Shown piece by piece: positions 1-12,912 of a stretch of 64,000 nucleotides of DNA. Numbering within the stretch: the first letter of the stretch is position 1; every line of letters starts with the position of its first letter. The notes beneath the pieces are model-generated. The model saw only the letters and a list, made by a program, of their open reading frames with translations, made no database searches and was not told the DNA's origin. Source of the stretch: Octopus sinensis (taxonomy: Eukaryota); NCBI RefSeq assembly GCF_006345805.1, contig NC_043010.1:68324001-68388000 (forward strand). The letters are read 5' to 3'. The position numbers were made by a program, and so were the translations under genes.

Positions 1-610
1 CGACTTAATCCGTTTGTTTGTCCTCTCTGTGTGTAGCCCCTTGTGGGTAATAAAGAAATGGGTATTTCTTCTGTCGTTACGTTCTGAGTTCAAATTCGCC
101 GAGGTCGACTATGCCTTTCGTCCTTTCGGGGTCGATAAATAAAGTACCAGTTACGCACTGGGGTCGATATAATCGACTTAATCTGTTTGTCTGTCCTTGT
201 TTGTTCTCTCTGTGTTTAGCCCCTTGTGGGTAGTAAAGAAATAGGTATTTCGTCTGCCGCTACGTTTTGAGTTCAAATTCCTCCGAAGTCGACTTTGCCT
301 TTCATCTTTTAGGGTTCGATTAAATAAGTACCAGTTACGCACTGGGGTCGATGTAATCGACTTAATCCGTGTGTCTGTCCTTGTTTGTCCCCTCTGTGTT
401 TAGCCCCTGGTGGGCAGTAAAGAAATAGGTATTTCGTCTGTCGTTACGTTCTGAGTTCAAATTCCGCGGATGTCGATTTTGCCTTTCATCCTTTCGGGGT
501 CGATAAATAAGTACCAGTTTCGCACTGGAGTCGATGTAATCGACTTAATCCGTTTGTCTGTCCTTGTTTGTCCCCTTTATATTTAGCCCCTTGTGGGCAA
601 TAAAGAAATA
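1..610 (+). mobile_element. SINE family A, tandem array of headless ~183-bp units
   Basis: Units start near 62, 245 and 429 with gtatttc...gagttcaaattcc (B box)...gcctttcatcctttcggggtcgat..aagtaccag...gtagtaaagaaata. The array begins before the window. The central block resembles the Meta-type SINE domain (from memory). Confidence 0.85.
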
Positions 611-690
611 TATACTGCTGCCAATTACAATGAATAGCAATGCCTGTAATACTAAATTGATCTCTGTTATTTTTTTTTTCATCTCTGCAG

Positions 691-987
691 GGGCACACCA
701 AAACTGCGACATTGATTTCGACGGAAGCGGAGGGGACATTGCGCATTCTTGGCACACGGGTAATATGCACTTTGATGACGACGAAAACTTCAAGGCGATT
801 TACTCCCCATCTGTTGAGGGAATCTACCTCTTGCGAGTGGCTGTGCATGAAATTGGTCACGTGCTCGGCCTAAACCACACCGAAAAGGATCACTCGGTTA
901 TGTATGCAATTTACAATCAAGATAGCAGCGTTGATAGTGAATTCGAATTGGGATGGGACGATCGGAAAGATGTTCAGAAAATATACG
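691..987 (+). CDS. MMP21: MMP21-like metalloproteinase, catalytic-domain exon (gene begins upstream of window)
   Basis: Acceptor ttttttttcatctctgcag ends at 690; donor gt at 988; phase 1/1. Encodes AHQNCDIDFDGSGGDIAHSWHTGNMHFDDDENF...VAVHEIGHVLGLNHTEKDHSVMY...FELGWDDRKDVQKIYG: HExxHxxGxxH zinc motif plus Met-turn. The FDG..AH.W..G..HFDDDE.F and FEL.W.DRK..QK.YG motifs match vertebrate MMP21 as I recall it. Confidence 0.93.
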
Positions 988-1013
988 GTACGTTCTTTTA
1001 TCTCATTTTATTT

Positions 1014-1055
<42 letters not shown>

Positions 1056-1316
1056 ATAGTAGTATATACATACACAGGCTGGTCGCTAGAAAAGTGGAAA
1101 CTTCGTGAAATGCTATTTTATATCTTCACAAGATCCATTTGAGGTAAACTGTAAACGTCATAAGGCGTGATTAACATTCATAAATGTTTCAAGAGTTCAA
1201 GAACAGAAATAAAGAATCAGAAACCTCCTATCAAACAGTTTATAACAAAAGCTTATTAGTTTTAGCTTTGCCTTCAAATTTTCCGCTTTTCTAGCGACCA
1301 AACTATATATATATAT

Positions 1317-1367
<51 letters not shown>

Positions 1368-1374
<7 letters not shown>

Positions 1375-1520
1375 AAGAAAATACGCATGCTTACATAGTT
1401 TTAATATAATTTTAATATATCGACCGGTTTCGCTATCGCTATTCATGATATCTTTAGCGAAACCGGTCGATATATTAAAAATTATTAAAACTATGTAAGT
1501 GTGCGTATTTTCTTTTTTAA
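1368..1520. repeat. foldback inverted repeat in an MMP21 intron
   Basis: Arms at 1368-1435 and 1455-1520 with few mismatches and a 19-nt loop; embedded in (TA)n. Confidence 0.85.
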
Positions 1521-1540
1521 ATTTCTATATAATATATATA

Positions 1541-1609
<69 letters not shown>

Positions 1610-2037
1610 TATATAATATATATTGTTCGCGTCATAGGAATTTAGAAACTTCGAACAGCGCGAAATATTTTTTTTTTTAAACAGTGATACTCAACGCAGG
1701 CAAAGCTTTAAAAAAAAGTAGCGCATAAATATTGGGTAAAAAGCCCTTTTGATAGAAAAATCGGAGGCTATAAGATTTCTCATTTGTCATATTTAACCCA
1801 TAAATCCAAAAGGATTTATTTGAGCTACTAAAAAGTTAATTGTGTATTATCAGCGTATTTTCAAGGGTGATAAAGCAACTTCCTTTTTTCAACCCTTCAT
1901 CATTAATGAAAAATAACAAAATAGAAAAATAACAAAATAAGAAAAAAATGATGCAAAGGAGAAATTTTGAATAATAACGAAAAACAAAACATTATCTTAT
2001 TTTTGCTTGATTATTATTATTTTTTTTTTTTTTGCAG

Positions 2038-2292
2038 GTGTTTGTAGAGGTGCCTTCAATACAGTGTTCGATTGGGTTCGGAGACGACCAGATAATCGAT
2101 TTATTTTCAATACCTACTTCTTCAGAGGTAACCGATACTGGATGTATGAGAATCATGCGAATCGAACACGATACGGGGACCCGCTCATTATTTCACGTGA
2201 GTGGAAAGGTGTGCCAAGCGATATTGATGCATATGTACACATCTGGTTCTACAACCATCCCGGAATTGTCGACGTCACCTATTTCTTTAAAG
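2038..2292 (+). CDS. MMP21: MMP21-like, hemopexin-domain exon 1
   Basis: Poly-T acceptor ...tttgcag ends at 2037; donor gtatgt at 2293; phase 1/1, in frame with the previous exon. Encodes VCRGAFNTVFDWVRR...TYFFRGNRYWMYENHANRTRYGDP...IDAYVHIW...YFFKG; the NRTRYGDP and ID..VHIW motifs are characteristic of MMP21. Confidence 0.93.
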
Positions 2293-2735
2293 GTATGTAT
2301 TAATTAAGAACCGGAAGTTAAGTGTTTTTGAGGTGACCGGTAAGAAAGGTAACTTACTCCAGCCACATAGCTAAAAATATAATAGGATGAAACAAGCACT
2401 TTGTTCGTTGAAATTGTTGATGTTGAGGTTTGAACGCAAGTCTTCTTTGATCAAGTAGATCTATTATCAAACATGTTCGGAACTTGGCCCTTCATTCCGT
2501 CTTTTACTCTCTTTTTCAAGGCGTGTATGGCAATTTCAGTACATCAGGTTAACGGAAACGTCGGAAAGTAAGGATATATTTCTCCTGCCCACAGCAATAA
2601 ACCCGCTTACCCAAGCTACCTATTTAAAGCCAAGTATGACTTCAGCTTAGCCGCATAGACCTGAGACAAAATGTGGTCCTTTTATTCGCTTGTTCGTCCT
2701 TTATATTCCCAACTGCATATATGTATATCGCAAAA

Positions 2736-3038
2736 GCGTAATGGCCCAGTGGCTAGGGCAGCGGACTCGCGGTCGGAGGATCGCAGTTTCGATTCCCAGA
2801 CCGGGCGTTGTGTGTGTTTATTGAGCGAAAAACTCCACGAGCCTACCCGGTAGGGGTTAGTGGTGACCCCTATTGTACTCTTTCACCCCAACTTTCTCTC
2901 ACTCTTTCTTCCTGTTTCTCGAGTAACGCTGCGATGGACTGACGTCCCGTCCAGCTGGTGGGGAACACATACGCCACAGAAACCGGGAAACCGGGGCCAT
3001 GAGCCTGGCTAGGCTTGAAAAGGGCGCATAAATAAATA
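2736..3038 (+). mobile_element. SINE family C, tail type 2
   Basis: Head atggcccagtgg...gtttcgattccc; tail gctgcgatggactgacgtcccgtccagc...gggcgcataaataaa, shared with 52502-52800. Confidence 0.8.
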
Positions 3039-3362
3039 ATTATATATGTATATCAAAGCCCAGCATATCTGTTATGCAGACACAACAATAACAGTAAAAT
3101 AAAGGAAACCGGTAGATGAACTGATAAAACAGTCATATAAATTAAAAAAACATACTAAAGACAAAATGGTTATTAAAACGCCACATTTTGTACAGTTTGC
3201 TCATGTATTTTTGAGTTCTTGTTAGTTTTGCGAATTCTATAAACGCTTTCTTGTGATTACGTACATGAAGCCGTCATTCAAAGAAAGAGAGGAAAAACTT
3301 CTATCAATCATAATTGAAGCCGCTACAAGAGAGAAATATACTTGTGATAGACTTGGTGGATA

Positions 3363-3748
3363 TCTTTATATATAAAAGTCAAGTTGTGTGTCTGTCTCCT
3401 ACGATTTAGATTCCTAACTACTCCCACATTTTGCGGTGCAGTTTAACCAAAACCGGATATCTTATAGTCGTGATTCATATCGAGCCCTTCTGAGTATTAG
3501 CGCGCGTCTACGATGAGTCTACGATTTTAAAAAAAATTTACCATCATTTTTTCCATTTTAATGCATTTTTTCGCTATTATATAAAGGAAGTAACTCTCTA
3601 AAAATGTCTACGATGAGTCAACGATTTAAAAAAAAATTACCATCATTTTTTTTTCCATTTTTATGCTATTTTTTGGCTATAACTCTCTAAAAATGCTTAT
3701 ATAGTTATTTCCCTTACAAACCCGAGCAACGCCGGGCGATACTGCTAG
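3363..3748 (+). mobile_element. non-autonomous Helitron, family 1
   Basis: 5' TC, 3' hairpin cccg-agcaacgc-cggg plus CTAG, inserted between A and T. Confidence 0.8.
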
Positions 3749-3965
3749 TGTATTATATTATGATTACAGAATCGTCAAAAGGAGCAGCCAAAACATTAAA
3801 CTACCAACAGGTGATTCATAAGTTCAAATAAACTTCAGATATTTTAAGACATCTTATTAAACGAGCTTCAATAATACTTAATTATAAGATGTTGGACTTC
3901 TGGGGAATGAAATTACCTTTTACAGACTAGAGTCTTCTCAAACGCTTAGTTTCCTAATATCTTAA

Positions 3966-4323
3966 TCTCCCTATATAAAGCTGAAGTTGTCTGTGTATGG
4001 TAGGTTTGGTAGCCTTCAACTATCACTATCTCCTCCGAGACCCTGCGGCACAAGTTGACCAAAATTTAGAGTATAATAGAAGAAGGCTTGCTCTTCATTC
4101 CGTAAAAGAAGAAATTCAAATCGGACCATGTTAACACCAAAAATTATTTACATCAAATAGGTGCTTTTTTCCTATGAAAATCCCTATTTTTTACGATCTT
4201 TTCACTGCTGTGTCTCCATTTTTCGGTGTATTTCAACCAGAAAAATGTTCACTTAAAGAGAATAACAAGCTACATAATGCAAAATTTTTACTTTTCAAAA
4301 ATTCCAATTCTAAAGGGTCGAAA
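3966..4323 (+). mobile_element. non-autonomous Helitron, family 2, 3'-truncated
   Basis: Aligns with 23991-24355 but lacks the hairpin and CTAG. Confidence 0.7.
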
Positions 4324-4468
4324 AGAAAACAATGTGATAAAAAATGTGAATTTTTAATTATTTTCTGAGATTTTACAAAAACAACAAAAATATTGTTAGT
4401 GTTGTATAAACCAGTTTTGTGGTGTCACAATGTTTCAATTAACTGACTCATCATTTCCGTCTTTTCAG

Positions 4469-4644
4469 GTGAAAACTATTATATGTACGAAAGTATGGAG
4501 GCTAAAGTGCTTGACGGTTGGCCAAAGAAAATCTCAGAAGGTTTTGGTCCTAAACCAAATGGCACTGATCGTATACCAAACAACGTGGACAGTGTCTTTT
4601 TTGACATGAGAGACAGCAACATATATTTCTTTAAAGATGACATG
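4469..4644 (+). CDS. MMP21: MMP21-like, hemopexin-domain exon 2
   Basis: Acceptor ttccgtcttttcag ends at 4468; donor gtaaat at 4645; phase 1/0. Encodes ENYYMYESMEAKVLDGWPKKISEGFG...IPNNVDSVFFDMRDSNIYFFKDDM (hemopexin blade). Confidence 0.9.
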
Positions 4645-4760
4645 GTAAATATCATCAGAACTATTTATACTTCATTCACTACAACCACTAGTAGTAGCAA
4701 CATCAGTATAACTATGACTACTGCTGCTCCTGCTATAATCCTTTGCTGCTGCTGCTGCTG

Positions 4761-4811
<51 letters not shown>

Positions 4812-4830
4812 TGTTGTTGTTGTTGTTGTT

Positions 4831-5375
4831 AAGGCAGCGCATTGGCAGAATCGTTAGCGCACCGAGCGAAATGCTTAGCCGTATTTCGTCTGCCGTTATG
4901 TTCTGAGTTCAAATTCCGCCGACGTCGATTTGCTTTTCATCCTTTCGGGGCCGATTAAATAAGTACCAGTTACGCACTGGGGTCGATGTAATCGACTTAA
5001 TCCATTTGTCTGTCCTTGTTCGTCCCCTCTGTGTTCAGCCCCTTGTGGGAAATAAAGAAACAGGTATTTCGTCAGTGTGAACGTTCTAAGTTCAAATTCC
5101 GCCGAGGTCGATTTGCTTTTCATCCTTTCGGGGTCGATAAATTAAATATCAGTTACGCACCGGGGTCGATATAATCGACTTAATCCGTTTGTCCGTCCTT
5201 GTTTGTCCCCTCTGTGTTTAGCCCCTTGTGGGTAGTAAAGAAATAGGTATTTCGTCTGCCGTTACGTTCTGAGTTCAAATTCCGCCGAGGTCGACTTCGC
5301 CTTTCATCCTTTCGGGGTCGATATATTAAGTACCAGTGAAACATTGGGTCGATGTAATCGACTAGACACCTCCCC
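4831..5375 (+). mobile_element. SINE family A, head plus three tandem units
   Basis: Head aaggcagcgcattggcagaatcg; units start at 4881, 5064 and 5247 (183-bp period). Inserted in a (CAT)n/(GTT)n tract. Confidence 0.85.
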
Positions 5376-5804
5376 CCCCACACACACACACACACATACA
5401 ATTTTAAGCATTGTGCTTTTAGTAGAAAGGACCATTCCTATCGTTGTTGTTGTAATAGTCGTAGAAGTAGTTAAAGCCGTCATTACCATGAAATTCATTT
5501 AAACAGATCCCTAAACTCAAATGGTAAATGGAAACCGCGCTGTTCTATTTACATTCCTGCTTTTACTTCTGATCTTAGTTTTGTCTTGTTTCATGTCGTT
5601 TTTTGTTTGTTTATTTGTTAGTTGTTTTTTTTTTCACTTTAAAACCCCGAAATATCTCAAGCCACGGTTCGTGTTTGGGAAACTTTTCATGGCAGTCAAC
5701 TTCCTTTCGGATATCCCATCCCTCACCACCCAGCTGCTCCAACACTACACAGCATCCATTTCATACAGCTATTCCAGTAGCACCACAGGCATTAGTCCAA
5801 AGTT

Positions 5805-5848
<44 letters not shown>

Positions 5849-5928
5849 CATGTATGATGTATACGTAGATGCATATATATATATCTATATATATATATAT
5901 ATAAGCATGTATGTATGTATACGTACGA

Positions 5929-5962
<34 letters not shown>

Positions 5963-6331
5963 CATGTATGTATGTATCTATGTATACGTAGATACATACA
6001 TATATATATATATATAATATATATATAAGCATGTATGTATGTATCTATGTATACGTAGATGTATATATATATATATATATAAGCATGTATGTATGTATCT
6101 ATGTATACGTAGATGCATACATATATATATATATATATAAGCAAGTATGTATGTATCTATCTATGTATACGTAGATGCATACATATATATTTATATTTAT
6201 GAATGTATACACTTAATAGCATATATATATATATATATTGCTCCTTAAAAACGTGTGTGTGTGTGATTATGTATATTTGTATGTAGGGGAATGTTTATGG
6301 GCACGAGGTGTACGTGCGTGTGTGTATGTGA

Positions 6332-6372
<41 letters not shown>

Positions 6373-6873
6373 AAATATTTCTTAGATTATGTAAAATTCG
6401 GGTTATTTCCATTGTTGTTATTCGTTTTTAACCACCATCTACCACAGGGGAGGCTATGTAAGAAATTTAATAGACGTCGTTTCAACAGTAAATAGCGTAT
6501 CGTATTCAAGGCATTCTTTGAGAGTGTAGACTATTCTCTCAGGGCATTCATTTGAAATTTCTAAATAGTTTTTTGTTTTGTTTTGTTTTATTGAGTGTTT
6601 TCTGCTTCTTTTTATGCTTGTTCTTTTTGTGTGTGTGTGTGTGCGCGTGTGTGTGTTTTTCTTTTTCTTTTGCTTGAGACCATTGTGTTAAAAATAGTGT
6701 CAACCACAACCAGCCCCGCTCTCTCCTCGGCGACCTTCAATCCTCTGTCCTTAACTATACGTCTTCATCTAACATCTGATGTTACAGATCGACGGGATCC
6801 TTTGATAAACTCAAAGCACAACATTGATAGCAGCGAGATGGACACAGATATATATAATATAATATATATATAT

Positions 6874-6909
<36 letters not shown>

Positions 6910-6913
<4 letters not shown>

Positions 6914-7070
6914 AGGAGTGGCTGTGTGGTAAGTAGCTTGCTAACCAGCCACATGTTTCGGTTCAGTCCACTGCGTGGCTGGCATCTTGGGCAAGTTGCT
7001 CTGCTATAGCCTCGGGCCGACCAATGCCTTGTGAGTGGATTGGTAGACGGAAACTGAAAGAAGCCCGTCG

Positions 7071-7103
<33 letters not shown>

Positions 7104-7337
7104 GTAGGTGTGTGGATGTGTTTGGTGTCCTGGTTTTGTCCCCTAGCATCGCCTTGACAACCGATGCTGGTGTGTTTACGTCCCCGTTAATTAGAGGTTC
7201 GGCAAAAGAGACCGATAGAATAGAATAAGTACTGGACTTACAAAAGAATAAGTCCCAGGGTCGATTTGCTCGACTAAAGGCGGTGCTCCAGCATTGGCCG
7301 CAGTCAATGACTGAAACAAGTAAAAGAGTAAAAAAAA
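6910..7337 (+). mobile_element. SINE family B (tRNA head, CORE-like block, internal microsatellite)
   Basis: A box tggctgtgtgg, B box ggttcagtcc, cttgggcaagt block resembling the CORE domain, internal (TA)n/(TG)n, tail caagtaaaagagtaaaa. Confidence 0.85.
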
Positions 7338-7378
<41 letters not shown>

Positions 7379-7866
7379 TTAGTAGATAGATAGAGAGAGA
7401 GAGAAGGAGAGACAGACAGAGACATTTTGTATAATTATGGTAGTTAAACAAGAAAATTCCTTTAGGTTTTAATGTTCGGAGAAAGTTGCTTTCAACAAGG
7501 CAAAACAACGCTAAACATTTTAGCAAAATATGAAACGGTGTTCTAATCACATTGGCTGTAGGTCGATTCTTGGTATTTCTCGAAAATAATAGCAAAAGGG
7601 TTTAATTCTCGTAAATGTCATCCTAAGAAATGGTTAAATGGTTTCTGTAGGTGAAAAAAAAAAAGAGAGAGAGAGGAAGAAAATTAGTCAATGCTATCAG
7701 TATTTGTTCTTTATTTTATCGAACCCAGAAGTATAAAAGGCAGTGTTGACTTCTGCGAGATTAGAACTCAGAATCTCGAGCATCAAAACAAATGTCAAAC
7801 AGCATTTTTTTCCCCCGATACTGTAACGCTTCTACTAATTAATTATCATAATTAATCCCTGTTGGT

Positions 7867-8077
7867 AAGGCAGCGAGCCGGCAGAGTTGTTAGCACGCTT
7901 GACAATACGCTTAGCCGTATTTCACCCGTCGTTACGTTCTGAGTTCAAATTCCACCGAGGTCGACTTTGCTTTTCATCCTTACGGAGTCGATAAAATACG
8001 TACCAGTTGAACTCTGGGGTCGATGTAATCGACTAGCCCCCGCCCCACCAAATTTCAGGCCTTGTGCCTTTAGTAGA

Positions 8078-8085
<8 letters not shown>
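7867..8085 (+). mobile_element. SINE family A, alternative tail
   Basis: A box tggcagagttg-like, B box gagttcaaattcc, central block, tail ...aaatttcaggccttgtgcctttagtagaaag followed by (TAT)n. Confidence 0.8.
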
Positions 8086-8110
<25 letters not shown>

Positions 8111-8111
<1 letters not shown>

Positions 8112-8663
8112 GAGTGAGAGAGCAGTGCATGTCATCAAAGTGACACTGGGGTAAAATATACGAAGCCCAGTATACCCATCATGACTACCCGTCTGATAAG
8201 GGTACACCAGGCACATGCATCACAACCATATGTGCGCGACATAGTGATCTCATATCAAAATAAACAGCACATGACCTTGCAGGTCGGTCCAGTTAGAATT
8301 TTCTTCAGGTCGAGTAAACCATCCCACTCGAAAGGTCCCTGAATAAGGGTTGTTTAAGGATGTTGAACGAAACACCCATGTTTCCAGAGGTGAATTATTC
8401 AAACCCCAAAGAATTCCTCTCAACACATGACTATGATGCTCCCCCACTAATTCTGCTCGTGATCAGAGATGCACATATCGTCAGCCACTAAGGGACATGC
8501 TCAACTGGTTAAGGTCAAAACAACTGACAAGCAAATCTGTGGTATTGAGCAGCCTATTCGCTGTAGCCCATTATACCAAGACAAAACAATGTACATGATA
8601 ACACTTCAATCAGTTAAGATCAGAAGCCATGAGAGCCACTGCCTGGTACTGCATCAGGGCATT
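8111..8663 (-). repeat. unclassified ~550-bp dispersed repeat (family E) between (AAT)n tracts
   Basis: Matches the copies at 41570-43330. Confidence 0.7.
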
Positions 8664-8667
8664 ATTA

Positions 8668-8709
<42 letters not shown>

Positions 8710-8798
8710 AATTGCTGTTGTTCTTGTTAGTATTCTATATATATATATATATATGTGTGTAGAGAATAATATTTTGCTTTGGTTTCTTTCATTCCTAG

Positions 8799-9131
8799 GT
8801 CTATGTTTACAATCCACGAGGAGAAGGTGCCCCTTCAAAGACCGGCTGCTGCGAGAGAATTAGCAAAATTACCGACGAATTTCCAGCTGCAAAAGGCGAA
8901 CGTCCACTTGAGGGGAATCTTGATGCCGTTTACTATTCATACAAGAAACAATCAATGTATTTTCTGAAAGGCGAGGACGTTTGGAGGAACAGCAACTTCA
9001 GCCGGCGACAAAGTCCGCGAAAGAACACGATTCGTTATGAGGGCAAATGGTACGACCATTGGTACGACATATGTGATGTGAAGTCGGACACGTCTGCTAC
9101 CAGCGGCATGATCAACTATGCAGGCGATTGA
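8799..9131 (+). CDS. MMP21: MMP21-like, terminal coding exon (missed by the ORF track in this frame)
   Basis: Acceptor ttctttcattcctag ends at 8798; phase 0; 111 codons ending in TGA at 9129-9131. Encodes VYVYNPRGEGAPSKTGCCERISKITDEFPA...LDAVYYSYKKQSMYFLKGEDVW...KWYDHWYDICDVKSDTSATSGMINYAGD*; D..YYSY and W.D.CDV match the MMP21 C-terminus. The four exons total 1061 nt with consistent phases. Confidence 0.9.
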   Translation, partial: VYVYNPRGEGAPSKTGCCERISKITDEFPAAKGERPLEGNLDAVYYSYKKQSMYFLKGEDVWRNSNFSRRQSPRKNTIRYEGKWYDHWYDICDVKSDTSATSGMINYAGD

Positions 9132-9191
9132 TTTGTGATAGACGTAGGAGGCAAATACCTGAGCTACAACATCTTAAAACGCATACATATA

Positions 9192-9197
9192 AATAAA
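9192..9197 (+). promoter_or_regulatory. candidate polyadenylation signal of the MMP21-like gene
   Basis: First AATAAA, about 60 nt after the stop codon. The context is AT-rich, so a chance match is possible. Confidence 0.35.
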
Positions 9198-9254
9198 TAC
9201 ATATATATATAATGCATAGAGAATGCATATGTATTTCCGTGTATATATATATAC

Positions 9255-9302
<48 letters not shown>

Positions 9303-10082
9303 ATACATGTGTATATATATATAATATATATATATATATATAAACATACATGTGTATATATATATAATATAAACATACATGTGTATATATATATATATAT
9401 AAAACACACATTGTGTTTATATGTATATATACATACTATGTGTATATATACATCTATATATATATTAACATACTATGTTATATATATATATATATGTATA
9501 TATATATACATACTATGTTATATATATACACATACTGTTTTATATATACACAAAATGTTTTACATATATATACAATGTATATAGATATATATAGATCATA
9601 TATATATGTTTATATATATATATATACTTGTATATATGTATATATACACAATGTGTACAATATATATATATACCATATATATATGTTTATATATATATAT
9701 ATTTGTGTATGTATATGCATATGTATGCATGTATGTATGTACGTATATATACACACAACAAAGACATGATGAACTATTCAAACGGAAAAAAATAGTGCAA
9801 AAGCATCCCATGAGGAGACAAGAAATACAAGAAAGCACCAGATTTTGGAAAGAGAAAGAGTCGAGGGTGGGGAGAAGACAAACAGAGAGAAAGAGAGTGA
9901 GTGAGAGAGAGAGAGAGAGAGTGAGTGAGTGATGGGAAGAGCTGAGTGAAACAGCTGAACGAACAGACAAGGAAGGAGGTAGAATAAAGATTTTCAGAGT
10001 GTTTCGAAACCGGAACAGTTCCAAGGTGAACCAAATCCTTTTCAGGAATATTTTGGGGCAAGAATTTCAAGTATAAATTAAC

Positions 10083-10130
<48 letters not shown>

Positions 10131-10822
10131 TAGATATTAGATTGCACTGAGTTTTTAATTCATAATCACACACAGGATATTATATTATATATATATATAT
10201 ATATATAAAGTATGTATGTATATGTATGCATTCTATATGCCAGCGTGCATGTTTTGTCTGTTACATGATATATATATATATATATATATATAGATATATA
10301 TATATATATATACATACTACATACATGCATACGTGTATGTACCTATATATGAATGTATATATATCTATATGCATACATATATGCGTATGTGTTGTTGTTG
10401 TTGTTATTATTATTGTTATTATTATTATAAATTCAATAATATATTATAGTCTCACAATAGCCAAAGAAACAAGCGATTTCATTTCAGAGTTGGAGAACAC
10501 ACTCCATCAATCCTCAGAAACGGCTGATGTTTGGCTGAATTCGTTCTCCATCTTTGATACGAAATCAACTGGTAAGGCTATAACGTGACATTAATATAGT
10601 TTTGTATCAGTAATGATAATACTATGTATGTTTGTGTGTATGTGTGCAGTCAAACGTTAAATTCGAGGGTCACTCAATATCTTTCAGCTCCAAAATATAT
10701 TTACCTTATGTTTCACAAGCTAAAAGTTTACAGTTGTTTCAAAGTTTCGGTAAAGTAACCTGCATTTTACTGTCTACTAAACTGAAACTTCGATGTAACT
10801 GTCAACATTTCCTTGTAAAAAT

Positions 10823-10889
<67 letters not shown>

Positions 10890-11666
10890 CACACACACGC
10901 GAGTTATTTTGACTCTGCGAACGAAGCCTGTTACATTTATATTCCAGTAATCTTTTACTGATACAGATCAATTATTTTATCTGATCATTATAATTCCTCT
11001 GATTTTCCAATCTTTATATTGTACCTCCCTTTCGCATTTATACATTTATTTTGTTTTATAAAATGGGTCTATCACTTGAATATTTATAATTATCACTTTA
11101 AAAAACAAAATTCTTGTCAATTCATATTCTTTAAAAGCTAGAATTTATAATAATAATAATTATTGATATTGTTGTTATTGAAGATACATACATGGCAGGA
11201 TATGTATGTGTATGTAGATATGTGTATGTTTATGTTCACGCCCTTAAGTGTATGTATGCGTGTATTGTATTTAAATATAGGCAGATACGTACAGAGCAGT
11301 CTCAAGTGTTGAGAACTACTTCAAGCATACGTAAATTTTATTGATACGTACATATATACACACACACGCGCGCGCACACATATATACAATTAGATGCCTC
11401 TGTGTTTTTACATATATAAAGGTGTATGTGCATATACATATATGTGTGCGTGTATATATAATATACATAAATACATACAGATAATTATATATATATGATA
11501 TATATTATATATATATGCATAATGATATATATATACACACACTACGATATATATATATATATACGCATAACGATTTATATACATATATATATAATCATAT
11601 ATATATGGATGTGTATATGTATATATATATATAATTATATGAATATGTGTATATATATAATATGTA

Positions 11667-11710
<44 letters not shown>

Positions 11711-12635
11711 GAATATGTGTATATATATATATATGAATATGTGTATAATATAGTATATGAATATGTGTATATATATATATATGAATATGTGTATATATAT
11801 ATATATATATGAATATGTGTATATATATATATATATGAATATGTGTATATATATATATATATGAATATGTGTATATATATATATGAATATGTGTATATAT
11901 ATATATATATATGAATATGTGTGTATATATATATATATATGAATATGTGTATTTATATATATATGCATATGCATATAAATATATATAGTATATATGAATA
12001 TGTGTATATATATATGAAATCATAATTTATTTATTAAATTATTATTGATATATTTTTGAACAGTGTATTTCTAAATACTGTAGGATGCCATTTTTATATG
12101 CAAAAAAATTATTGTATACATGTATGTTGTTGTGTGTTCGTCAATGCATGTCTCAGCTAATAAACAGCCTGGCGCAAAATTCACGTAGTTTTAATCAATT
12201 AAAAAATTATTATTTAAATAATAAATATATCTCTACCATATCTGTGCATGATCCAGAAAAGTTTTTAAAATGCGTTCATTGCAGACTTTTCCCCTCTTAT
12301 GACTATAGGAATTACACTGTTCCTGGAGATGATACCTCTATCACTCTTTCTCTGAAGCATTATATACCCAGGTATATATGTGCACTTGCTTATGTGTTTT
12401 TTTCTCCTCTCTGTAAGCAAATACGAAGGGATAGCTTTTGTTGTTTTCCGTCTCCCAAGTTTTGGAAATGAGCTAATTCCATAAGGAGCTCTGAAAAAGA
12501 AAACAAAAATCAATATTTCGATCGTTATATATATAATGGTTATTACAAATAATGACACCAACTCCCAAGTATATTTTTTAATAATTTTATCTCTATTCAA
12601 AATATTGCAGGAGAAACCTCTCAAAACTAAAGCAC

Positions 12636-12696
<61 letters not shown>

Positions 12697-12739
12697 TACT
12701 ACTATTATTACCATCATTATTATTACTGCTACTATTATT

Positions 12740-12912
12740 TGAGTTCAAATCCCACCGAGGGCAACTTTGACTTTTATCCCTCCGAGGAAGACTTGGCCTG
12801 TCATCATATCGGAGTCATTGAAGCAATTACGAGTTATTGCGCACCGGGGTCGGTGTATTCGACCATCCCACTTCCCCCAAAAAATTTCAGGCTTTGTGCC
12901 TACAGTAGAAAA

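Noticed and set aside
988-1142. ORF 564-1142 read-through giving a poly-Val membrane tail on the MMP
   Set aside because: The tail is intronic (GTA)n after a good donor; the spliced model continues in frame into the hemopexin exons.
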